Part shown: piece by piece, positions 1 to 7,880 of the stretch
Layout of the letters: each line of letters starts with the position of its first letter
Position numbering within the stretch: the first letter of the stretch is position 1
From: a virus
Taxonomy: Duplodnaviria; Caudoviricetes
Strand: one strand, 5' to 3'
IMG/VR virus record: IMGVR_UViG_3300032233_001054
Span: 1-30,650 of that record
Length of the DNA stretch: 30,650 nt
Program-made: the position numbers and the translations under genes
Notes under the pieces: model-generated
The model's database searches: none
Told to the model about the DNA's origin: nothing
What the model saw: only the letters and a program-made list of their open reading frames with translations

Positions 1-2
1 AT

Positions 3-386
3 CGTTGCCCTGCAAACTTGTGGACTGTTGGTGTGGGTCACCTTATCGGGGATGGCAAATTGTTGCCTGATTCTTATAACAGAACTTTTACGACGGAAGA
101 AATAGATGCGCTCCTTATACGGGATCTCAATAGTTTTGAACGTGGAATATCTAAGATGTTACCTAACGTGCCTCTTAGACAATGTGAATTTGATTGCTTG
201 GTATCTTTTGCCTTTAATCTTGGTTTGGGTACATTTCAAAGATCAACACTCCGTCAAGCGCTTCTACGTAACGATAAAAAGGCGGCTATGGAATCGTTAA
301 TAAAATATTGTCGTGCAGGTGGTAAAATACTCAGAGGTCTACAAATTCGTAGACTAGATGAAAAAGCTCTTTTTGAAGGTAAATAA
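3..386 (+). CDS. GH24 (T4/P1-type) endolysin, 5'-truncated by the window edge
   Basis: The frame is open from base 3 (RCPANLWTVGVGH). It has the GH24 motifs FDCLVSFAFNLG and GLQIRRLDEKALF. The TTG at 18 is not the true start. Confidence 0.92.
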   Translation, partial: RCPANLWTVGVGHLIGDGKLLPDSYNRTFTTEEIDALLIRDLNSFERGISKMLPNVPLRQCEFDCLVSFAFNLGLGTFQRSTLRQALLRNDKKAAMESLIKYCRAGGKILRGLQIRRLDEKALFEGK

Positions 387-2563
387 TGCCATTAACCAAA
401 CTAATATTTAAACCAGGAGTTAACCGAGATCAAACTGATTATGCCTCAGAAGGCGGTTGGTATGAGATGGATAAGGTTCGCTTCCGTTCAGGCTTTCCTG
501 AAAAGATTGGTGGTTGGACGGTAAGAACTATTGAAGAGTATGAGGGCTCTGCAAGAGAATTATTTACTTGGGCCACTGATGATGGTAATAAGCTTATATT
601 TGTAGGTACTAATGAAAAAGTTTATGTGTCTGCAGGTACAACTATGCATGATATTACGCCTATTCGTGTTACTTATACAAGTGCTACAGTACCTTCAAGT
701 AGTAATTGCTTTCAAACAACTAGCGGTTCTAAACAAGTTGCTATATTAAATATTACTGCGGGTATTACCGATGGTGACTGGGTTACATTTAGTGGAGTAA
801 CAACTGCTGTAGGCGGAGTTCCTGCTGCTAATTTTAACAATGAATTTCAAATAACTTTAACTGCAGGTACGCCTTATATTACTGTGGCTACAACAGCAAC
901 ATCAACAGCTACGTCAACAGGTAATACAGCTATTACTGCAGCGTTTCAAGTTAATGTGGGTTATACAATTAGTACAGCAGGTTATGGATGGGGTGCTGGT
1001 GTATGGTCTCGTGGTACTTGGGGTTCTGGTTCAACTACACCTATTTTCTTCTCACCAAGATTAGTGTTTGCAGATAGTTTAAATAATGATGTGCTGTTTA
1101 ATTACTCTGGCGGGGATATTTATTATTGGGCTTATGATTCTGCATTTGCTTCTCGTGCCGTTACCTTAACTTCTGTATCTGGTTCTATAGCAGTACCTGA
1201 ACAAGTTAGCATTACTATATTTACTGCTCAAGGGTTTTATTTAGCTTTAGGATGCACTAACTATGAAGCTACCTCAGTAGCTGGTGCGACAATATCATCT
1301 ATAACGCGTGGAGGTACAGGTAACTTAACAGCTACTTTAACTACTGCTACCGTGCACGGATTACAATCCGGAGATTATATTACTGTAGCAGGTGCAGTGC
1401 CTGCTCAATTTAATGGCACTTATCAAATTACTTATATTGATACTACTCATTTTAGATATACAATGGCTACTGCTCCAGCAGGTAATGCATCTACTGTAGG
1501 TACTTATGTATATAATAATTATACTGGCGCTTATGATCCGCTGCTTATTCGTTGGGCTAATGTAAACGCAAATACTTTTATAGCTGAACCTGAAAAATGG
1601 CAGCCTGGTGTAACAACTTCTTCAGGTTTTTTAAGATTACAATCAGGCTCACAAATTGTATCCGTTGTTAATTCTAGACAAGAAACTCTTATATGGACAG
1701 ATACTTCCCTTACATCTATGCAGTATTTAAATTCTTTAGAGGTGTATGGATTACAAGAGCTTTCACATAACATATCTATTGCAGGGCCCAACGCTGTTGC
1801 TGGGATTAATAATGTAGTTTATTGGATGGGCCGTGATAAATTCTATACTTATGGAGGTCGTGTTGATACTTTACCTTGTACAATAAGACAATATGTATTT
1901 ACTGATATTAATCAGGCTCAAAGTCAAATATTCTTTGCTGGGACTAATAATCAATTTAATGAAATAGTATGGTTTTATTGTTCTGCAACATCTAGTGAAA
2001 TAGATCGGTATGTAATTTATAATTACTCAGAAAGTATTTGGTACTATGGTACGATTGCTAGAACTGCATGGTTAGATTCTGGAGACTTTTCATTACCAAT
2101 AGCAGCAGCTTCTGGGTATATATACAATCACGAAAATGGACCTAACGATGGTCAACCTTTAGGCGCTGCCCCATTACCTATTACTTCATATATTAAATCT
2201 GCTGATGTAGATATTGAGGACGGAGATAAATTTATACTTATACGTCGTGTTATACCTGATATTAATTTTGGTGGTTCACAAACAGCAAACCCTGTTACAG
2301 GTGTGCCATTAACCCCTGAAGTTGATATTACAGTGGGGGTCAGAAACTTTCCGGGCGCATTAACATCTACAACTAATGCTGAAGGTCAATCGACTATTAA
2401 AAATATTGAAACAACAGCCACTATTAATCAGTATACTAACCAAGTATTTATTAGAGCTCGTGGACGTCAAATGAATTTTACAATATCATCTGATACAGTA
2501 GGTACACAGTGGCAGTTGGGTATGCCTCGTATTGATGGTTGTCCAGACGGAATGAGAAGTTAA
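386..2563 (+). CDS. Tail hub / packaged-DNA stabilization protein (P22 gp10-like) with two FCCH-like beta inserts
   Basis: 725 aa with N-terminal FKPGVNR..YASEGGWY..DKVRFRSG.PEKIGGW, DPLLIRW, VVYWMG.DKFY and C-terminal RARGRQ. It lies just before the ejection genes and has a TAATG overlap with the endolysin. Confidence 0.75.
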   Translation: MPLTKLIFKPGVNRDQTDYASEGGWYEMDKVRFRSGFPEKIGGWTVRTIEEYEGSARELFTWATDDGNKLIFVGTNEKVYVSAGTTMHDITPIRVTYTSATVPSSSNCFQTTSGSKQVAILNITAGITDGDWVTFSGVTTAVGGVPAANFNNEFQITLTAGTPYITVATTATSTATSTGNTAITAAFQVNVGYTISTAGYGWGAGVWSRGTWGSGSTTPIFFSPRLVFADSLNNDVLFNYSGGDIYYWAYDSAFASRAVTLTSVSGSIAVPEQVSITIFTAQGFYLALGCTNYEATSVAGATISSITRGGTGNLTATLTTATVHGLQSGDYITVAGAVPAQFNGTYQITYIDTTHFRYTMATAPAGNASTVGTYVYNNYTGAYDPLLIRWANVNANTFIAEPEKWQPGVTTSSGFLRLQSGSQIVSVVNSRQETLIWTDTSLTSMQYLNSLEVYGLQELSHNISIAGPNAVAGINNVVYWMGRDKFYTYGGRVDTLPCTIRQYVFTDINQAQSQIFFAGTNNQFNEIVWFYCSATSSEIDRYVIYNYSESIWYYGTIARTAWLDSGDFSLPIAAASGYIYNHENGPNDGQPLGAAPLPITSYIKSADVDIEDGDKFILIRRVIPDINFGGSQTANPVTGVPLTPEVDITVGVRNFPGALTSTTNAEGQSTIKNIETTATINQYTNQVFIRARGRQMNFTISSDTVGTQWQLGMPRIDGCPDGMRS

Positions 2564-2564
2564 T

Positions 2565-2864
2565 ATGGCTATTAATATAGTTCCCATAAAAGCTCCAGTT
2601 ATATCGCTTACACCTACTGAATTTTCACAGCTACATTTTGATTTGTTACATAATCAACTTCGTTTGTATTTTAATTTAATAGATTTAGCTAATGCGCAAA
2701 CAATTACAGAAATAACTACGTTAGCAACACCCAGCTCTGGAACTACAGCTTTACGCCCAACTACTGATTTACAAGTAGGTCAATATTATTTTGATACTAC
2801 GATAACTAGGCCTATATACTGGACCGGAACTAATTGGATAAACGCTGCTGGAACTGTGGTTTGA
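2565..2864 (+). CDS. Small virion/tail-associated protein
   Basis: 99 aa with NQLRLYFN and a C-terminal G-T-T-x-x-R-P...GQYYFDTT...PIYWTGTNW motif common in phage tail proteins. Confidence 0.6.
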   Translation: MAINIVPIKAPVISLTPTEFSQLHFDLLHNQLRLYFNLIDLANAQTITEITTLATPSSGTTALRPTTDLQVGQYYFDTTITRPIYWTGTNWINAAGTVV

Positions 2865-2921
2865 CCTATGTTTTTACGTATTAACTATGATATCATTACA
2901 CTATCTTAAAAAGGATTTTTT
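2861..2921 (+). promoter_or_regulatory. Putative sigma70 promoter and RBS for the ejection genes
   Basis: TTGACC (2861-66), TATGAT (2886-91), extended -10 TG-A-TATCAT (2888-96), perfect palindrome ATGATATCAT (2887-96), and AAGGA before ATG 2922. Confidence 0.45.
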
Positions 2922-4616
2922 ATGGCAACACATCAACTAGCTAAAGGTTTAGCATCCCTCGGTAGACACGGCGATAGTATGCTTATGCATGTTAGTCCCG
3001 CCGAAGTATCGGGATTACAAGCATTGGGTGAAATGACAGGGAGTAGACTTCATACTAACCCTGATACTGGGCTTCCTGAAGCTTTTGATTTTGGTGACTT
3101 TTTTAGTTCTCTTTTACCTACTTTAGTAGGTATTGGCTTATCCCCTGCAACGGGAGGTGCTTCTTTAGGCCTTACAGGTATGACTGCTACGGCTGCTCCT
3201 ATTCTTGGTGGTATGGCAACGGGTGCTCTTGTTGCTGGTGCTAAAGGTCAAGACGTATTAGGTGGCGCTTTAATGGGGGGTCTTGGCGGATATGGTGGAG
3301 GTAACCTAGGTAGTAGTTTAGCTAAACTGGGTGGAGGAGTTAATCCAGCAACATCAAATATTCAACTATCTACTTTAGCTAATGGCGGCGGTTCAGCAGG
3401 CATTCCTCAAAGTGCTTTAAACTCAGGTATTACTGATTTTGGTTTGGGTTCCGCATCTTCTACACCGTCCCAAGGTGTTCAGTTAGCGACTAATACAATG
3501 AATACTTCTCCAGTATTATCGGATCAATATTCGACTCTTTTAGGTGCTGATAAATCAGCAGCGTTGGCTTCTGGTCAACCCATTTCTACGGTAGGTTCAG
3601 GCGCTAAAGGCGGATTTGATAGTTTAATGACAGGAGCAGGTAAATTTGCTTCTGATCCCTTTGGGCAATTTGATGCTTTCAAAGAAGCAGGCGGTTCAGC
3701 TATGCAAATTGGGGCTCCATTAGCTATGGCAACGCTATCTGGTATGCAACCAGAACCATATGACTTTGCTGCGGACGAAGAAAAACGTAAAGCTGAAGAA
3801 AACAAATATAGAGACCCAATTACAGGTAATCTTAATCTAAGCCCATCATCAGGTCTTAACTTAGGAATTCCTTCATTTGCTACAGGTGGCACAATTAACA
3901 CTAATCGAGGCACTATTTCTGGTGGTGGGATACAAGATTTATACGGGGCTAGGGATGATACAGGCACTCCTTCATTAAGTCAAGATGGGTATGGACTTGG
4001 TAGATTAAATTCTTTAGTTTCTGCAGGCGCTAACGCTAGGGCAGCAGACGAGTTTTATGCACAAGGTGGCCCAGTAAGTTTTGCTGATGGCGGACAAACA
4101 ATTACAGATGCATCTAATTTAGAAAATCTTCCTTCACTTAATTTAAATATAATTGGTAAGCCTAGTGAAGATAAACAAACTAGTAGCCCTTCTAATCCAT
4201 TTGAAATGTCGTTGAGGGGATTAAATGGTATGGGTTTACCTAATGCAGGGATGGGCTCTTTATATCACCAAATGTTAGGAGTACTAGGCAAAAATGCTCA
4301 GCTAGAACCAAAATCATATGCATTAAATGTAAATACAGGTAAACAAGAAGCTCAATACGCTCACGGCGGTTACTTAAACGGCAATGGTGATGGCATGTCT
4401 GACTCAATACCTGCTACAATAGAAGGCAAACAACCAGCTCGTTTAGCCGATGGTGAATTTGTAGTGCCAGCAGATGTTGTAAGTCATATTGGTAATGGTT
4501 CATCTAAAGCAGGATCAAAAAGATTGTATGCAATGTTAGATAAAGTAAGAAAAGCCCGAACAGGACATACTAAACAAGGTAAACAAATTAACCCTAGCAA
4601 ATACATGCCTGCATGA
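2922..4616 (+). CDS. Internal virion / DNA ejection protein
   Basis: 564 aa, Gly/Ala-rich with hydrophobic segments. N-terminal GRHGDSMLMHV...NPDTGLPEA and C-terminal GGYL.G.GDGMSDSIPA...LADGEFVVPADVV. Confidence 0.7.
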   Translation: MATHQLAKGLASLGRHGDSMLMHVSPAEVSGLQALGEMTGSRLHTNPDTGLPEAFDFGDFFSSLLPTLVGIGLSPATGGASLGLTGMTATAAPILGGMATGALVAGAKGQDVLGGALMGGLGGYGGGNLGSSLAKLGGGVNPATSNIQLSTLANGGGSAGIPQSALNSGITDFGLGSASSTPSQGVQLATNTMNTSPVLSDQYSTLLGADKSAALASGQPISTVGSGAKGGFDSLMTGAGKFASDPFGQFDAFKEAGGSAMQIGAPLAMATLSGMQPEPYDFAADEEKRKAEENKYRDPITGNLNLSPSSGLNLGIPSFATGGTINTNRGTISGGGIQDLYGARDDTGTPSLSQDGYGLGRLNSLVSAGANARAADEFYAQGGPVSFADGGQTITDASNLENLPSLNLNIIGKPSEDKQTSSPSNPFEMSLRGLNGMGLPNAGMGSLYHQMLGVLGKNAQLEPKSYALNVNTGKQEAQYAHGGYLNGNGDGMSDSIPATIEGKQPARLADGEFVVPADVVSHIGNGSSKAGSKRLYAMLDKVRKARTGHTKQGKQINPSKYMPA

Positions 4617-5023
4617 AACAAATGCAAATAGTACATCCCAACTATGTACATCAAGTTTGGGAACAAATAGAAACATTTTTTGACAGGGCAATGGGAGCAG
4701 GGACAGACGATTATAATGTTGACCAGCTAAAAATGTTACTTACTGAAGGCAGACAAACCTTATTTGTATTTACAGAAGATGAAAAAATTATAGGCGCTTT
4801 ATCAGCAGAAGTTATTAGTTATCCAAATAATAGAGTTGTTCATACTTCAGCTGTAGGCGGTAAGGGAATATTTGATGAAAACACCATTAAGCAATATGAA
4901 GACTGGGCAAGGTCTCAAGGTGCAACTAAGATTAGAGCGTTTGCAAAAGATGCTCAAGCAAGACTTTATAAAATAAAAATGGGTTTTAATGTTGTGACAA
5001 ACGTTGTGGAGAAAAATATATGA
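4613..5023 (+). CDS. GNAT-fold protein (positional analogue of P22 gp14 / T7 gp13)
   Basis: 136 aa with a GNAT-like pattern (LFVF..KIIGA..AVGGKG..WARSQGATKI..ARLY..MGF). ATGA overlaps with both neighbours. Confidence 0.65.
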   Translation: MKQMQIVHPNYVHQVWEQIETFFDRAMGAGTDDYNVDQLKMLLTEGRQTLFVFTEDEKIIGALSAEVISYPNNRVVHTSAVGGKGIFDENTIKQYEDWARSQGATKIRAFAKDAQARLYKIKMGFNVVTNVVEKNI

Positions 5024-6267
5024 AATTGTTAAATTTGTTTAACTGGGTAGAAAGCTTAATAAGCTTCTTTACGCTTAATTTTGGTGGCGGAGGTGGAGGC
5101 TCACAAACTTCTACGGGTACTACTTATACATCTAATATCCCTGAATACGCTAAGCCTTTCTATGAAGAGCTGATGAAGCAATCAGCTAAAAACGTATTTA
5201 CAACTGATTCTACAGGCAATGTTACAGGTGTTAAACCTTACACTCCTTATCCAGGTACTCGTATTGCTCCATTAACTCAGGAACAACTAGCAATTAAACA
5301 AAATATTGCGGGCTTACAAACTCCAGGTGGGTTTGGTGAGGCTCAAACAAATTTAGGACTCTCTGCGGGTATGGGGGGTCTAGCGGGTATGGGCGGGCTA
5401 GCTAAAGCTTTATCATACGATGGGGGTGGAGGTTATAATCCTGGAGGAGTAGGAAGCTATGGTATTAAAGTTGGTGGTATATCTTCAAAGGATTTTAGTG
5501 CAAGTGACGCAAAGAAATACATGAGTCCGTATCAACAAGCAGTAACTGAAATTGCTTTAAGAGAAGCACAAAAACAAGCGGACCTACAAAAACAACAAGG
5601 CATGATGGGCGCTATTGGTCGTAATACTTTTGGCGGTGCCCGTCAAGCGCTAATGCAATCAGAATTAGATAGAAACACCTTGCGGTCATTAGCTGACGTT
5701 CAAGCTAAAGGTAGTTCAGATGCTTACACAAATGCTCAACAACAGTTTAACGCTGATCAAGCTCGTCGATTGCAAGCATCCGTAGCTAACCAAAATGCTC
5801 AATTACAAGCAGACATATCTACCCAACAAGCTAAACTACAAGATAAAGTAGCTACTATGCAAGCAGGTGTTTCGGCATATGGAATTACATCACAAGCTAA
5901 AACTGCGGCAGCTCAACTTGCAGGTCAAATTGGTCTTGGTGGCCTTAATGCTACGATTGATGCAGCTAAATCTCAGTCAGCAGCGTCAGCTCAAGAACAA
6001 ACAGCTAACCTTGAACGACTTAAAACACAAGCATCGTCAGCATCAGAAGTTCAAGCTATTGACCAAAAAATTAAAGACCTTGCTTATCAATCCTTTATGG
6101 AACAACAAAACTGGGGTAAAGCACAACTTGAATTTTACAATTCTATGTTACGTGGTACACCGGGTCTGGCTACAACTCAAATTCAATATGCGCCGTCACC
6201 CTCTGCAGTGTCACAACTTGGTGGGCTTGGCTTAGGCGCACTTGGTCTTTCTAAAGCTTTAGGATAA
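5020..6267 (+). CDS. DNA transfer/ejection protein (P22 gp7-like N-terminus)
   Basis: 415 aa with a ~21-aa leader then GGGGGGS, IPEYAKP, YMSPYQQAV and FGGARQ motifs, Gln/Ala coiled coils and a hydrophobic Gly-rich C-terminus. Confidence 0.7.
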   Translation: MKLLNLFNWVESLISFFTLNFGGGGGGSQTSTGTTYTSNIPEYAKPFYEELMKQSAKNVFTTDSTGNVTGVKPYTPYPGTRIAPLTQEQLAIKQNIAGLQTPGGFGEAQTNLGLSAGMGGLAGMGGLAKALSYDGGGGYNPGGVGSYGIKVGGISSKDFSASDAKKYMSPYQQAVTEIALREAQKQADLQKQQGMMGAIGRNTFGGARQALMQSELDRNTLRSLADVQAKGSSDAYTNAQQQFNADQARRLQASVANQNAQLQADISTQQAKLQDKVATMQAGVSAYGITSQAKTAAAQLAGQIGLGGLNATIDAAKSQSAASAQEQTANLERLKTQASSASEVQAIDQKIKDLAYQSFMEQQNWGKAQLEFYNSMLRGTPGLATTQIQYAPSPSAVSQLGGLGLGALGLSKALG

Positions 6268-6276
6268 GGATAAACT

Positions 6277-7878
6277 ATGAACATTATTAAAATTCAAGAC
6301 CAATTAAAAGGCGCACCAGATCAAGCGCTGATTGGCTATGTTCAAAACCCTACAGGTCAAGTACCTACCTACCTTGCGCTAAGTGAATTAGAGCGCCGCA
6401 AAAGCATGAGAGAAAAATATCAACAAGGTCAACCTGAAAAGAAAACAATAGCAGAAAGCATCATTGAAGGGGCACAACCTCAAGCGCCTCAACAACCACA
6501 AATGCCTTCTCAACAAATGCCACAAGGTGGCGTAGCATCCCTACCAGAAGCTCAACCTATGATGCAAGCTATGCAACCACCTCCACAAATGCCTCCTCAA
6601 GGTATGGCACAAGGCGGTATGGTTGCGTTTGAAGATGGTGGACTAGCTGAGCTAGATGTGGGTAATATGTTTAATGAAGCCAACTATGCATCAGGTGGTA
6701 TTGTTGCGTTTGATGACGGTGGCGAAGTAAGACACTATGCACAAGGTGACTATGTTTTACCAGCTGATTATGACCCTGAAGCTATGATGATGCAATATGC
6801 AGAAGCTGAATCTAATATACCTAGATATACTTCGGGTGATCAATTTGGAGAAAACTATAAAAAGAAACTTGAAGAATTACGCAAGATGTCAAGGTCTCCT
6901 TACGATACAGCAATAGAATATTATGAGTCAATTCCAAAACCAATGATAGGTCCTGGTACAGTATATTCTCGCCCTGAAAATGTATTAAAGAGAGAAAGAG
7001 AACAGTGGTTTAAATCAAAACCTGCTATGACACCTACAATTGGTGTAACCGATGATAAGAACAAAGGCGATAAAAATAAAACTGATAATAAAGTAGCTGA
7101 AAATAAAGGCAAACCTCCTTTTGTGGGGAATACTGGGGCTGATTATGGGTTTGAAACAGTAAAAGGTATTGGTGACTACGCTAAAGAACTACAAGATTAT
7201 ATTGGCGCTGATCCTGCAAAAGCTGGGTTACAAGAAAGATTGTCTAAGATGGACGCAGCTGCGGCTAAACAAGCTGAACAAGCTCCATGGTTAGCACTAG
7301 CTAAAGCTGGGTTTGAAATGGCTAACCAACGTGCTGAATTTGGTAAAGCGGCTGAAACTCCGTTAGCATCTGCGGCTCGTGGTGCTGGTGCTGGACTTAA
7401 AGATTATATTGAGGCTAAAGATAAATTAACTTCACTAGAAGAAAAACGTTTCGGTATTGCTAATGATCTTGCTAGGTCTGATAGAGCAGAAAGAATCGCT
7501 ATAGCTAAGTTTGGTGCAGATAGTAAACAAGCTGTTGAAGCGGCTAATCGCCATGCTAAATTACAAGAACAACATGATAAAGTTTTAATTCAAATGAATA
7601 ATGCAGATAATGCTACTAGAGTGGCTACTGCAGGGGCAAAGAATATTCTTGAACCTGAAAAAATTATTGCTGCAAAAGAAAAGATTAGATCGGGCAACCC
7701 AACATATTTAAGTTGGTATAATGATATGACTAAAAAGAACAAAAACATTGTTAACACGCCTCAATTTAAACGAGAAGAAGAAGCGCTAGTTAATGAGTTA
7801 GTTATGAGAGAAGGTAGTTTAAACCCTACCCCTACAATTGATACATCCCAATGGAGTCTAGGGCAACCACAACGCTAG
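6277..7878 (+). CDS. DNA transfer/ejection protein
   Basis: 533 aa with an AAGGA RBS, a Pro/Gln-rich linker, repeated xxGG motifs and a helical C-terminal half. It sits between other ejection genes. Confidence 0.65.
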   Translation: MNIIKIQDQLKGAPDQALIGYVQNPTGQVPTYLALSELERRKSMREKYQQGQPEKKTIAESIIEGAQPQAPQQPQMPSQQMPQGGVASLPEAQPMMQAMQPPPQMPPQGMAQGGMVAFEDGGLAELDVGNMFNEANYASGGIVAFDDGGEVRHYAQGDYVLPADYDPEAMMMQYAEAESNIPRYTSGDQFGENYKKKLEELRKMSRSPYDTAIEYYESIPKPMIGPGTVYSRPENVLKREREQWFKSKPAMTPTIGVTDDKNKGDKNKTDNKVAENKGKPPFVGNTGADYGFETVKGIGDYAKELQDYIGADPAKAGLQERLSKMDAAAAKQAEQAPWLALAKAGFEMANQRAEFGKAAETPLASAARGAGAGLKDYIEAKDKLTSLEEKRFGIANDLARSDRAERIAIAKFGADSKQAVEAANRHAKLQEQHDKVLIQMNNADNATRVATAGAKNILEPEKIIAAKEKIRSGNPTYLSWYNDMTKKNKNIVNTPQFKREEEALVNELVMREGSLNPTPTIDTSQWSLGQPQR

Positions 7879-7880
7879 TC

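Noticed and set aside
106-300. 64-aa alternative-frame ORF inside the endolysin (possible nested spanin)
   Set aside because: No SD and no convincing signal peptide or lipobox.
5867-6235. 122-aa +1-frame ORF inside an ejection gene
   Set aside because: No good SD. The Leu/Lys/Gln-rich product is the expected shadow of GCT/CAA-rich codons.
7851-7880. Track start of the 1760-aa ORF
   Set aside because: It overlaps the previous gene by 28 nt; ATG 7881 right after the stop is more plausible.
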